From the IMG/VR virus record IMGVR_UViG_3300047384_000085, positions 667 through 64,666 of that record: 64,000 nt of DNA; one strand, given 5' to 3'. The stretch comes from a virus (Duplodnaviria; Caudoviricetes). The translations under genes were made by a program, and so were the position numbers. The stretch's first letter is position 1; each line of letters starts with the position of its first letter. The notes under the pieces are model-generated. The model was not told the DNA's origin. It saw nothing but the letters and a program-made list of their open reading frames with translations, and did no database searches. Below, piece by piece: positions 18,372 through 27,775 of this stretch.

Positions 18372-18791
18372 ATGTACATGTATTTTATTTCAGGTCGTCA
18401 CGCAAAGAAACAAATCGTTGATCAGTATGTTCGTAATCTTATGGAGTCACTGAAGATCCATAGATTCACTTCACGATTTGTTGACATTAAGTTCAAGTCT
18501 GTTCTTGATGATGAGGCAGACGGACTTTGTATTGGTGATGACACTGAAGTGTTTGTAAGTATCGGAACCAAAGATAAAAGTTTTATGAGACAGATGCAGG
18601 CACTTGCACATGAGATGGTTCATGCTCGACAGTTCCTACGTGGAGAGTTGACGTGTGAAGGTGGTTTCGCATGGAAAGGTAACAACGCATCTGAGTTTAA
18701 ATATAAAGATCAACCGTGGGAGATAGAGGCGTATAAACTAGAACGTGATCTATTCCTCGATTGTTTCCCATTTGATGAATTGGAGATTTAG
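18372..18791 (+). CDS. Zinc metallopeptidase-like protein
   Basis: LAHEMVHARQ (HExxH) and PWEIEAY. Confidence 0.8.
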   Translation: MYMYFISGRHAKKQIVDQYVRNLMESLKIHRFTSRFVDIKFKSVLDDEADGLCIGDDTEVFVSIGTKDKSFMRQMQALAHEMVHARQFLRGELTCEGGFAWKGNNASEFKYKDQPWEIEAYKLERDLFLDCFPFDELEI

Positions 18792-18792
18792 A

Positions 18793-19005
18793 ATGGCGAT
18801 AAATAAAGTCCAACGTTATGCAATGATTAAAGCAGCTGCAGAGAAAATACAGAATGCAAAGTTGCATGAGAAGAAAGTTGATAGATTGGTGGCCTCTGTC
18901 GAGAAGTTTGACGACATGTCAGAAATACACTGGAGTGATGCAGAAGACTATGCGAAGGCACACTTTGGTGACGTACTTGAAAAAACTCGCATAGGGGAAA
19001 TGTAA
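18793..19005 (+). CDS. Hypothetical protein
   Basis: ATG after GGAG. Confidence 0.6.
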   Translation: MAINKVQRYAMIKAAAEKIQNAKLHEKKVDRLVASVEKFDDMSEIHWSDAEDYAKAHFGDVLEKTRIGEM

Positions 19006-19007
19006 AA

Positions 19008-19373
19008 ATGGCAAAAGTAGTAAAAGCGACAAAGGGTGATAGTAAAGGCGAACCTATCATTGAAAACGAACAGACTCAATCTGGAGAGGGAATACTTCAT
19101 CGACATATGTCGCAAAAATTACCAAAACTAAAACCAGAAGTTGCTGAGGCGGTAACAGTTGAAGTACTGCGTGGTCTATATGTAGAACATGTCAAGTTCT
19201 ATGTGAAAAATAAAGACGTGAGTACTGCTGATAATTTACTAACTAAAGAAGAAGCTAAACAACATGAAGAAATTCTAAAATCTTTAGAGGGCGCTATCGC
19301 TTATTTAGATCAAACTGATCAATGGTTGAAGGATTTACATGCAGGAAAATTTAGCGAACCAACTAACGACTGA
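19008..19373 (+). CDS. Hypothetical protein
   Basis: 121 aa ORF in operon context. Confidence 0.6.
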   Translation: MAKVVKATKGDSKGEPIIENEQTQSGEGILHRHMSQKLPKLKPEVAEAVTVEVLRGLYVEHVKFYVKNKDVSTADNLLTKEEAKQHEEILKSLEGAIAYLDQTDQWLKDLHAGKFSEPTND

Positions 19374-20034
19374 AGGTTACGTTGTTTTAAAAAACTTTAT
19401 TCCAAAGGATATCATCGATATCACTTTAGATAACTGGAAATGTTTTGAAAAGAACTCGGATTTGTTTAGGGGTTTTAAATATATTGGTTTTACAGAACGT
19501 AGTCTTGGATACGGAAATACGCCAGTAAAATCTTTGTATAAGAGTGTTGGTAACTACTGTTTCCCGCCCTCTATTTCTATGCATAAGTATTTAAAAAAAC
19601 GACTGAAGGAAGTCTTAGATTTAGAATTAGAAGAGACGTATTCCTTTGCAAGAAAATATAAGAGAGATGCTTGGCTAGAATCTCACATAGATAGACCTGA
19701 CTGTGAGATTAGTGTAACGATGTGTTTGGATTACAAATCTGACAACGGAAACCCTTGGAAATTCTGGTTAGGTAAAAAGGGGTCTGAATACAACTTAAAA
19801 AAGACTCAGATGAAAACCTTGCAAGAACGTGAACAAATTGGGTTTAAATCGCTTGACTTAGGTATAGGAGATGTGTTATTATATCTAGGTGTAGAAGTTC
19901 CTCACTGGAGAGACTGTTTTCAAGGGGAATATTCCTATCATATGTTTTTACATTTCTACGATGTCAATTCTGGCAGAACTAGAGAAGGATATGATGGGCG
20001 AAAAAATAGTTACGACATGATTAAAAGTAAATAA
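19339..20034 (+). CDS. 2OG-Fe(II) oxygenase superfamily protein
   Basis: HIDRPDCEIS (HxD), GDVLLYLG, PHWR, FLHF. Confidence 0.8.
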   Translation: MQENLANQLTTEGYVVLKNFIPKDIIDITLDNWKCFEKNSDLFRGFKYIGFTERSLGYGNTPVKSLYKSVGNYCFPPSISMHKYLKKRLKEVLDLELEETYSFARKYKRDAWLESHIDRPDCEISVTMCLDYKSDNGNPWKFWLGKKGSEYNLKKTQMKTLQEREQIGFKSLDLGIGDVLLYLGVEVPHWRDCFQGEYSYHMFLHFYDVNSGRTREGYDGRKNSYDMIKSK

Positions 20035-20048
20035 ACTGGAGATATATA

Positions 20049-20321
20049 ATGGTAGTAGAATATAGTAAAGATGAAGTGGTCGAAATGCTTCAAGATGGTA
20101 TGGTTGATCTATCGTTCACCAAAGTAAAAGATGGTGGTGTACGTGAGATGAAAGCAACTCTTGATTTCGATTTAATTCCCGAAGAGAACGTTCCTAAGAG
20201 CGGTAAGAGTGTTGATCAGTCTGTGGGTGGTAATGAGACTGTTCGAGTATTCGACTTAGTGATCAAAGAATGGCGATCATTCCGTATGGACTCTCTTTTA
20301 ACTTTTATGCCAATCGAGTAA
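20049..20321 (+). CDS. SH3-barrel/WYL-like protein
   Basis: FTKVKDGGVREMKATL...VFDL...WRSFR. Confidence 0.7.
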   Translation: MVVEYSKDEVVEMLQDGMVDLSFTKVKDGGVREMKATLDFDLIPEENVPKSGKSVDQSVGGNETVRVFDLVIKEWRSFRMDSLLTFMPIE

Positions 20322-20325
20322 AGAT

Positions 20326-20892
20326 ATGAAAAAGAAACGCAAACCAATGACCGAAGAACAGCGACTTGCAGCTGCGGAGCGTTTGCGAATCGCTCGTGAG
20401 AAAAGAGGACATGATGGATCTGCATCTGTTCATCCAGATTTGTTGGAGATGGACGATGACAGTCCTATCCATTGGAAGAAGGTTCGGGAGTGGGTAAAAG
20501 AACTCACCTCCGAAGTTAGTTCCAAGAAACGAAATCGTTTATCGAAGGATAAGGACGAACGTCATGAATATCAGATCCTTGATGTCTATTTGAAAAACTT
20601 GAAGTCATACCTGTCTAGTGGGATATATCAAGACAGTCGTTATGGACGTAATCGTGAGGGTAAAATGAAAACTATTTGTTTAACTATGGCATACTATCCA
20701 GACGGCACACCAAAACGATCTATCGGTACGTACTACCCAGATATAGCACAGGTGTGGACTCAAGAACTGAGGAATGAATGGTATGGTAACAACGAACCAA
20801 GAAGAACCTACAAAAGAGAACTTCCTGAACAAGAAGAAGTTTTCGAAGATGGTGGAGACGGCAGTACGGACGAATGGAATGTCCTACCTTGA
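20326..20892 (+). CDS. Hypothetical protein
   Basis: KPMTEEQRLAAAERL basic N-terminus. Confidence 0.65.
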   Translation: MKKKRKPMTEEQRLAAAERLRIAREKRGHDGSASVHPDLLEMDDDSPIHWKKVREWVKELTSEVSSKKRNRLSKDKDERHEYQILDVYLKNLKSYLSSGIYQDSRYGRNREGKMKTICLTMAYYPDGTPKRSIGTYYPDIAQVWTQELRNEWYGNNEPRRTYKRELPEQEEVFEDGGDGSTDEWNVLP

Positions 20893-21034
20893 TGCAATCG
20901 TTTGGTTGTGTGAACAAAACAATATAGAGATCGAAGATATCAAAAAATATCTCTCGCCTTCTATTACCGAGAATCTTGAGAAGGAAGCGATGGATCTTAA
21001 CTTTTTGCCTAAGGTAAATACTTTGGATGTATAA
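20774..21034 (+). CDS. gp33: Late promoter transcription coactivator gp33
   Basis: FSKMVE...MSYLDAIVWLCEQNNIEIE...LEKEAMDLNFL; lies upstream of gp32. Confidence 0.85.
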   Translation: MNGMVTTNQEEPTKENFLNKKKFSKMVETAVRTNGMSYLDAIVWLCEQNNIEIEDIKKYLSPSITENLEKEAMDLNFLPKVNTLDV

Positions 21035-21036
21035 TT

Positions 21037-21648
21037 ATGGCTGGTGATGAGAGTTTAAAAAAACACATAGCTTATCGGCAGTCTGTCGATAAGATTTACA
21101 GATCGACTAAGTTGCTTGACGAAGAAACTGTAACCGAAATGTGTGATGATTTCTTATCAGATTCTTTCTCCAAAAGACAGAGCGCCGTAGTTATTAACCA
21201 AGGAACCAAAGACGTAGAAGGTATATATCATGATTGGAGAACAAGTAAAACTTTCCAAGGTGTATCCACAGTTTTCTATTCTGATTTCTGTGAACAACTA
21301 GAAGATTGGGTCGGTGACGGAACCAAGGTCAATCAATTAGATATACTACTCTATGAGAGAGGTGACAAGTTTGATATTCACCAAGATACATTATTAGATG
21401 AACCACAACAACGAATATGGTCTACAACAACTGTGCTTCATTTATCGGATGATTATGTTGGTCATGGATTAGTAATATATGATTCGAATGGCGAAGATGA
21501 TCCAAAAGGTAATCCTGAAATACAAAAATTCGTTCCAAGACAACATGTTGGAGATACAATCATCTTCAAGAGTGATCAATGGCATGAAGTCAAACCGATC
21601 GAACAAGGCACTCGCATAGTTGCGGTTGCATGGTTGGGTTACAAATAA
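21037..21648 (+). CDS. 2OG-Fe(II) oxygenase (prolyl hydroxylase-like)
   Basis: YERGDKFDIHQD (HxD), WHEVKPIEQGTRIVAVAW. Confidence 0.88.
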   Translation: MAGDESLKKHIAYRQSVDKIYRSTKLLDEETVTEMCDDFLSDSFSKRQSAVVINQGTKDVEGIYHDWRTSKTFQGVSTVFYSDFCEQLEDWVGDGTKVNQLDILLYERGDKFDIHQDTLLDEPQQRIWSTTTVLHLSDDYVGHGLVIYDSNGEDDPKGNPEIQKFVPRQHVGDTIIFKSDQWHEVKPIEQGTRIVAVAWLGYK

Positions 21649-21649
21649 T

Positions 21650-21691
21650 TATAAATAATGCTTGACACATGAATACTATATGTGTTATAAT
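21650..21691 (+). promoter_or_regulatory. Tandem late (TATAAATA 21650-21657) and early (TTGACA-N18-TATAAT) promoters for gp32
   Basis: Both motifs read directly from the intergenic gap. Confidence 0.75.
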
Positions 21692-21755
21692 ACTGTCTAC
21701 ATTATGAGCAACATTTGGATAAACTGTAAATACTCTGTAAATATAAGGAAACAAT

Positions 21756-22682
21756 ATGTCTTTTTCAAATCTAAAGTCGGGTAGAACCGATATCTCTAAA
21801 CTGGTTTCAGCTGCACAAGAAGTATCTGGTGGCGGACAAAAAACCAAAAACAAATACGATGACGAACGCAAATGGAAACCAACTGTCGATGACGCTGGTA
21901 ACGGTTATGCTGTCATTCGTTTTCTTCCAGCAATGGAAGGACAGGAACTACCTTGGGAACGCTACTGGGATCATGGGTTTAAAGGCCCAACTGGTCAATG
22001 GTACATCGAGAAGTCTCTGACATCTATCGGACAGAAAGATCCAGTCGGTGAGTTGAACTCACGTCTGTGGAACTCTGGTAATGAAGATGATAAAGAAACT
22101 GCTCGTAAACAAAAGCGTAGACTCCATTACGTATCAAACATTCTTGTAGTGTCTGATCCTTCTAACCCATCGAACGAGGGTAAAGTATTCTTGTACGAGT
22201 ATGGTAAGAAGATCTTTGATAAGTTGATGGACGTTATGCAACCACAATTCCCTGGCGAAGAACCAGTAAACCCATTCGACTTTTGGACTGGTGCAGATTT
22301 CCAGTTGAAGATTCGCAATGTGGCGGGATATCGTAACTATGACAAATCTGAGTTTAAACCACAGTCTGCATTGTTTGAGTCTGATGAAGTTAAACTAGAG
22401 GCGACTTACAATCAACTACATGATCTTGCTGAGTTTGTAGATCCAAAGAGTTACAAGTCTTATGACGAATTAAACTCTCGACTACAACTTGTGTTAGGAC
22501 ATTCGGTTGGTGAAGGTTCTACTATGAAGAATGAAGCGTTAACGCAATCTGCGGAAGCTGCTCCAGTATCTTCTAGTCCTGAACCTGAGATCGTGGCGGC
22601 ACCATCGCCTGCGATTGAGTCTGCATCTTCGGATGAAGACGACACACTATCTTACTTTGCCAAGATGGCACAGTCTGACTAG
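21756..22682 (+). CDS. gp32: Single-stranded DNA-binding protein
   Basis: DERKWKP, GNGYAVIRFLP, HGFKG, YGKKIFDK, NYDKSEF, acidic tail. Confidence 0.97.
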   Translation: MSFSNLKSGRTDISKLVSAAQEVSGGGQKTKNKYDDERKWKPTVDDAGNGYAVIRFLPAMEGQELPWERYWDHGFKGPTGQWYIEKSLTSIGQKDPVGELNSRLWNSGNEDDKETARKQKRRLHYVSNILVVSDPSNPSNEGKVFLYEYGKKIFDKLMDVMQPQFPGEEPVNPFDFWTGADFQLKIRNVAGYRNYDKSEFKPQSALFESDEVKLEATYNQLHDLAEFVDPKSYKSYDELNSRLQLVLGHSVGEGSTMKNEALTQSAEAAPVSSSPEPEIVAAPSPAIESASSDEDDTLSYFAKMAQSD

Positions 22683-22703
22683 TGAATAACTAAAAGAGGT
22701 GGT

Positions 22704-22732
22704 AAAGGGGGAACTTCGGTTCCCCTTTTTTT
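22704..22732. terminator. Rho-independent terminator with cUUCGg tetraloop, probably bidirectional
   Basis: aaagggggaac-ttcg-gttcccc-ttttttt between convergent genes. Confidence 0.92.
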
Positions 22733-24968
22733 ATACTCCGTATGCCTGATCTAGAGGATCTACTGCCGGCATGTTTTGGTTCATAATAATTCCTTGAGAA
22801 GAGTTATTATTTACTACGTTGGTAGATGGTGCGACAATCATTGATGCTTTTTGCGCTTCTGCTAACTGTTGTCGTTTTAAGTCAGCTTGTTTCATCTGTT
22901 CTTCAGAAAGTCTTGACCCAGTTCTTTCGGGTAACTTAACTTCCAATTTGTTCTCAAGAGGTTTTCCGTCAATGCTTTCTCTTTTGTTATAGGTTTCAAC
23001 TAACTCAGTGTTTAATGTTCCGATCAATTCTCTTAGACTAGACTCATCTTGATCGATATCATTTCTCATCCATTGTAACTTTTCTAACTGTTTGTCACTA
23101 AGATCGGCCATGGTTTTGAGATTACCGTCTTGGTCTCTATTGACATCAACGTTAGTGAATTGTCGTTTTCCGTCTACATAAGTATCACCATAACTAGAGG
23201 GCATTAACATTTCGTTGACTGTATAGTCGTACTCAGATTCAGTTAACTTCTTAGACTCGAAATCTTTAAGGTTTTGAAGATTTCTTAATACCTTTTCTTC
23301 TTTTTCACGGATCGCCTGATCATCTGAGAAAAAGGCTTCTAACTTAGATCGGTCACCCGATTCCTTAGCTTCTTCTGACAATCTCATCATCTCGTCCATT
23401 CTTTCTTGCATTACAGGATCAGAAAATTCAAATAATGGTTCTTCTCCCTGTTCCTCCGAACCGCCTCGTCTATTATTACGTTCCTGTTTTTTAGAATATT
23501 TTTCTTCTTTGGGAGGAACAGCAACTCCTCCCCACTCGTAGACGGAGTCTGGAATGATTGCAGCTGCAAGACTATTTGGGTCAGGCAACAGACTCATGAA
23601 AAATTCTTTTATCTTTTGTTTTATGTTACTTAAACCGTCAAACAAAGGTTTCATAAATGATTTCGTATCTTTAAATTTATTGACAATACCCTTTCCCATG
23701 TTCGAGAAGAATGCACCTATTCCCCTTCCAATATCACCGAAAAATTTACTAACAATTTTCGCACCATCTATGATTTTGGCATCTGCTTTTCTAAATTTAT
23801 CGGCAAACCAATCACCGAGACCAAATATACCATCGGTAAATGCATCAATAATGTTGTCAAAGAGTTTTTTGAAACTGAAGTTGTCCAACATTTTTTCAAA
23901 TTGTGTAAATCCTAGTTTACCAGCGATCCAACTGACACCACTCTTTAATAGATCTAAAGGAACCATTACTAGATTACCAATAACCTTCTTGACGCCGCCC
24001 ATAAGACCGCCAAGAATACCAGCAACAAATCCTTTGTCTTTATACTTTTGAAACCCATCAAAGAATCCTGTGACACCGTCATAGATAGACATAAGGATGG
24101 CTATGGGAAAGGCAATTTTTGAACCGATAGTCTTGAACACTCCAAACATTTTACCAAAAGTACTACCGAGAAATTTGAAGATTTTTCCTATCTTGCTTGC
24201 ACCCTGACCTATAGATTTGACTCTGTTACCTATACCACTAAACGATTTACCGATACTTGAGAAAACTTCGCCAATAGGTTTGAAAACTCTCTTAAAACCA
24301 TTGATACCTCTTTGTACCTTTAATCCTACTTTGGAAATAGATAGTTTTTTTAATGATTCTCCTAGATTGAAGAAGAACTTGTTAATACCAGTAAGTCCTT
24401 TTTGTGTACTTACAAACGCCCCAGTTATCGCCGAATTCATTGTTTTTAATCCTTTGAATCCGGCTGTAAGAGACCTTCCCATGTTCACGAAGAAAGCGGG
24501 AATGTTTTTGATGGTTTTAATGAAAGATCCAATAGCCTTTCCAATAGACTTTAGTATTGGTTTAAACCGTTCTGGCAACAAAAGTCTTGCTATCTTGCCG
24601 CCTAAAAATGCAATCGCCTTCACGAATCCAGAAACAATACCAACAGCAAGACCAGTCACCGCACCAGCGATACCCATTAAGATTTGACTGATACCGAATA
24701 ACGCACCGCCAGAATAATCCTCACCTTTAATAGGTGCCTGACGATTATCACTAGACTTACCTGTCGGTTTTTCTGTCTTATCTTGAGATCTTTGACGATC
24801 AAGTGCCATACCATCTAGCATACTTTCAAGTGCATCTGCGGTACGCTTCTGGTCTGTTATTAGAGTTTCGTCACGTTTCTCTTGTCGTTTTTCGACATCT
24901 ATCTGACGTTTAAGATTCTCTTTATTTGACTTTTGTAATAGTTGGTCAAAGTTTTTTTGGTTTGCCAT
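22731..24968 (-). CDS. gp29: Tail tape measure / baseplate hub protein (gp29-like)
   Basis: 745 aa with amphipathic G/K/F-rich helical repeats and C-terminal APSTNVVNNNS; follows gp26 and gp51. Confidence 0.7.
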   Translation of the reverse strand: MANQKNFDQLLQKSNKENLKRQIDVEKRQEKRDETLITDQKRTADALESMLDGMALDRQRSQDKTEKPTGKSSDNRQAPIKGEDYSGGALFGISQILMGIAGAVTGLAVGIVSGFVKAIAFLGGKIARLLLPERFKPILKSIGKAIGSFIKTIKNIPAFFVNMGRSLTAGFKGLKTMNSAITGAFVSTQKGLTGINKFFFNLGESLKKLSISKVGLKVQRGINGFKRVFKPIGEVFSSIGKSFSGIGNRVKSIGQGASKIGKIFKFLGSTFGKMFGVFKTIGSKIAFPIAILMSIYDGVTGFFDGFQKYKDKGFVAGILGGLMGGVKKVIGNLVMVPLDLLKSGVSWIAGKLGFTQFEKMLDNFSFKKLFDNIIDAFTDGIFGLGDWFADKFRKADAKIIDGAKIVSKFFGDIGRGIGAFFSNMGKGIVNKFKDTKSFMKPLFDGLSNIKQKIKEFFMSLLPDPNSLAAAIIPDSVYEWGGVAVPPKEEKYSKKQERNNRRGGSEEQGEEPLFEFSDPVMQERMDEMMRLSEEAKESGDRSKLEAFFSDDQAIREKEEKVLRNLQNLKDFESKKLTESEYDYTVNEMLMPSSYGDTYVDGKRQFTNVDVNRDQDGNLKTMADLSDKQLEKLQWMRNDIDQDESSLRELIGTLNTELVETYNKRESIDGKPLENKLEVKLPERTGSRLSEEQMKQADLKRQQLAEAQKASMIVAPSTNVVNNNSSQGIIMNQNMPAVDPLDQAYGV

Positions 24969-24974
24969 TACTGG

Positions 24975-25169
24975 TTATCCGTTTTGTTGGTTTTGTCTTT
25001 CTATTTTTTCGTTCTCTTCCTTGATGTGTTCCAATAACATACTAACATATATCTCCCTCTCCCATGGCATCATCATGTCCAGTTCACTTAAACTATAATG
25101 ATGATGTTGCATCATTGCAAAATTCGTCTTGTAATGGTTTACAAGAGTCTCATGAGAAAGGTTTAGGAT
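24975..25169 (-). CDS. gp51: Baseplate hub assembly protein gp51-like (conserved frame extends upstream of the first ATG at 25115)
   Basis: LSHETLVNHYKTNFAMMQHHHYSLSELDMMMPWEREIYVSMLLEHIKEEN, translated by hand. Confidence 0.8.
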   Translation of the reverse strand: MLNLSHETLVNHYKTNFAMMQHHHYSLSELDMMMPWEREIYVSMLLEHIKEENEKIERQNQQNG

Positions 25170-25879
25170 AAAAAATCTGATATCCCTTTCATTTCACGTT
25201 CATTCTCAGTTTCACATTTTAAACACTTGAATTTCGCTGTGTGTTTCATTGATGGAAGGTCACCGATATACTTGGTCACTCTTTCAAACTGTTCACTAGT
25301 CATCGAATCGATGAAGTCTAGTAATTCTTTCTTGGATACATCCTTTGCATCTGTGCGTTCTTCTTCAAGTCCGTCTTTTACTATGATGGAGTCTATACTT
25401 GATGCCACCATTTCAAGACCTAACTTCATCTGATCACCCTGTAAGTCAGAATCCATAATTGCCTTGTAAGGCGGATATTTCATCTCTACTGTAATCTGGT
25501 CAGTCAGATCAATAACTGTTTCTCTTTCCCCAATTTCAACATTAATCTGTGATAGGTCAACAACATACTCATGTTGCGTACCACATTCCTTACACTTCAA
25601 CAATACTGTCGATTTCTCACCAGCTGATTTGGAACGTATCTGTGTAAACATATACTCGACATCAAATGTTGCCAAGTCATGTACATTAATGTTTTCTTGA
25701 ACACATGCTTCGATAGTAGAGACAATTGCTTTTAATGTTTGGTTCTGGTTACCAGACTCAAACGCCATCATCAATACCTTCTCTTCCTTTACAAGATACG
25801 GTCGGAAACTGACTCGTTGTCCTGTAGAAGGAACCGATAATTCATATATCGGTGCTGTGTTTAACTTTGGTAATGCCAT
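25163..25879 (-). CDS. gp26: Baseplate hub subunit / assembly chaperone gp26
   Basis: MALPKL...RPYLVKEEK...FDVEYMFTQIRSKSAGE, two CxxC motifs. Confidence 0.9.
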   Translation of the reverse strand: MALPKLNTAPIYELSVPSTGQRVSFRPYLVKEEKVLMMAFESGNQNQTLKAIVSTIEACVQENINVHDLATFDVEYMFTQIRSKSAGEKSTVLLKCKECGTQHEYVVDLSQINVEIGERETVIDLTDQITVEMKYPPYKAIMDSDLQGDQMKLGLEMVASSIDSIIVKDGLEEERTDAKDVSKKELLDFIDSMTSEQFERVTKYIGDLPSMKHTAKFKCLKCETENEREMKGISDFLS

Positions 25880-25913
25880 TTCATTTCTCCTAATAATTTA
25901 GAAATAGTTTAAA

Positions 25914-26618
25914 TCAAAATATACTTAGACCACCGCTAAGTATGTTATCAAACAGACTCTTCGCATCTGCGGATTCTGCTTCCCAATCTTTGAACTTGAA
26001 AGATATTGTAATTTCCATAGTTGCATCGGTTTGGTCGTCACCCAACTGTATGTCACTCATTGTAGTTGGAATTGCATCGATCAGTCTACACTTGTGTGAC
26101 CAATCATCTTTAGTACCTATATCCATATCAATCTCACCTTGGGACAGTTTAAATGGCCCAATGTCTGGCAAACGATTACGGATAGTCGGGTTTATTTTAT
26201 TCAAGAAAGGTATGTCTCGTTGAAACAACGGAATTGTCGCACCCTTCTTCATTGTCTCTATTTTTATATCTCGTGCATAGTCTTTGTAATATCCAACCGA
26301 ACCTTTATTGAACATGACTTTTTGCCAGTCCATAAAGTAATTCTTTATGAGGTGCGAAGATGTTACATGAAAAGTCATAGTTACTTCTGATACACTCATT
26401 TGGTTTACGATGTCATACTTATACATTCCAACCTGTTTTTCAAGTGTACCCAACTGACGGCCAGGCATCAACACTGCCTTACACAAAAGATTTAAATCTT
26501 TGGTCTCATACCCCTTTATCGGAGGTAATGTTACACGGAAAAGGTTCGGTCTCTGGAAATTTTCATTCTTTCCTATAAGACCTTTCAGTTCTTCGATGTC
26601 GCCTATTCTGTTACCCAT
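25914..26618 (-). CDS. gp54: Tail tube initiator / gp54-like tube-fold protein
   Basis: RPNLFRV, LCKAVLMPG, YYKDY, DAIPTTMSDIQL. Confidence 0.65.
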   Translation of the reverse strand: MGNRIGDIEELKGLIGKNENFQRPNLFRVTLPPIKGYETKDLNLLCKAVLMPGRQLGTLEKQVGMYKYDIVNQMSVSEVTMTFHVTSSHLIKNYFMDWQKVMFNKGSVGYYKDYARDIKIETMKKGATIPLFQRDIPFLNKINPTIRNRLPDIGPFKLSQGEIDMDIGTKDDWSHKCRLIDAIPTTMSDIQLGDDQTDATMEITISFKFKDWEAESADAKSLFDNILSGGLSIF

Positions 26619-27216
26619 CTATCTTTTGCCTTGAATCGTAGAATACTTTCTGAGAGTTTGCCTTACGGAACTGTGCAGTCGGTAAGAATGTTGCAATCTC
26701 CCACTCTGGTGTTTGAACCTCCGCTAACCGACTTTTAACATGTGCGGTCAGATAGTGTTTCAAACACGGTTTATAGTACCGCATCTTTGCGGTCTTCTTT
26801 AACATCTTATACGTCAACGCCATCCTTGCGGACTTTGTCATCTTCGCACCGAGTACATCCATCAATGCATCCAGAAACTTCGCACGAAGAATCGGAGGCA
26901 AGTAATGTAAGTTTAGACCGTAGAACCCACCTTCTGCTGGGCCAACAATAATGACCAACGGAAACGCATCGTAGTATGGTAATGTCTTCTTATGTTTTGG
27001 ATCATAGAAAAACATCTGCATAGTACCGATTAATCCTGAGTCGTCAGCCTTTGCTGCAGCACGTCTCTTCAACGGATCTTCGTTCATTAACTGTTCACGA
27101 TTAATTGAACGTAAGTTAGACGATTTCTTTCTAAACCATTCACGACTTTCTTTGGTACGAGGTGTTACGCCCGCACGGAATGCCTGTAGTTCTAACCTGT
27201 TGAATAAATTACTCAT
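26611..27216 (-). CDS. gp2: DNA end protector protein
   Basis: FFYDPKHKKTLPYYDAFPL, GLNLHYLPP, PCLKHYL. Confidence 0.92.
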   Translation of the reverse strand: MSNLFNRLELQAFRAGVTPRTKESREWFRKKSSNLRSINREQLMNEDPLKRRAAAKADDSGLIGTMQMFFYDPKHKKTLPYYDAFPLVIIVGPAEGGFYGLNLHYLPPILRAKFLDALMDVLGAKMTKSARMALTYKMLKKTAKMRYYKPCLKHYLTAHVKSRLAEVQTPEWEIATFLPTAQFRKANSQKVFYDSRQKIDG

Positions 27217-27221
27217 ACGTC

Positions 27222-27229
27222 TATTTATA
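27222..27229 (-). promoter_or_regulatory. T4-type late promoter
   Basis: TATAAATA on the - strand just upstream of gp2. Confidence 0.75.
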
Positions 27230-27230
27230 C

Positions 27231-27719
27231 TTATTTTTTACGTTTTTTAAAAGGTTTTAAAGGTTTTAATGGTTTTGTTGACTTAGGCATGATACCCATC
27301 GCAGTTAACTCTTTCTCAGTCCAAATCTCAAACAACCACCCCCGATCTTTAGCATATTCAGATGCAGCTTTCCATTTATTCTGATTCTTGACATAGGTGA
27401 ACGATTCTGTTAACATACGTTTAGTACGTCTACCTTTCATCTTGGGTAGTTGGGTTTCTTTGAAAGGTTTTACTTCTATCAACTTGGTCGTGCCATTCTT
27501 GTACACAATAACGAAATCCATGAAGTAACGGTGATATTTCCGATCTACTTCATATAGATAAGGTATGACGATCTCTTCAGATCCCCACTCGACAATGTTA
27601 GAGTCATTATCACAGTGGCGCATAACATGTCTTTCCCATAGTGATCGATACACTATGTTGGTCACGTCCCCCAGATACTTCTCTGGATTTTTTGGTTTAT
27701 ATTTTCCCGAATATGCCAT
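27231..27719 (-). CDS. gp4: Head completion nuclease (TnsA-like)
   Basis: YSGKYKPKNPEKY, YRSLWE, WGSEE, HRYFMDF, IEVKP, NKWKAA. Confidence 0.93.
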   Translation of the reverse strand: MAYSGKYKPKNPEKYLGDVTNIVYRSLWERHVMRHCDNDSNIVEWGSEEIVIPYLYEVDRKYHRYFMDFVIVYKNGTTKLIEVKPFKETQLPKMKGRRTKRMLTESFTYVKNQNKWKAASEYAKDRGWLFEIWTEKELTAMGIMPKSTKPLKPLKPFKKRKK

Positions 27720-27727
27720 AGAATCCT

Positions 27728-27766
27728 TATAAATAGAATTAGTAGTTTTTAATAACCCTATTTAGT
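27728..27766. promoter_or_regulatory. Divergent late promoters: TATAAATA on + at 27728-27735 and ACTAAATA on - at 27759-27766
   Basis: Motifs in the gap between gp4 and gp48. Confidence 0.7.
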
Positions 27767-27775
27767 GGAAAAGTT

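Noticed and set aside
19853-19882. Possible promoter TTGACT-N18-TATTAT inside the oxygenase gene
   Set aside because: Two mismatches and non-optimal spacing in AT-rich coding DNA; too weak to call.
23554-24687. Long + strand ORFs opposite the tape measure gene, and similar antisense ORFs elsewhere in the track
   Set aside because: These are shadow ORFs of biased coding sequence, with no ribosome-binding site or recognisable motifs.
27231-27719. TnsA-like transposase
   Set aside because: Motifs and position next to gp2 and gp48 identify it as the T4 gp4 head completion nuclease.
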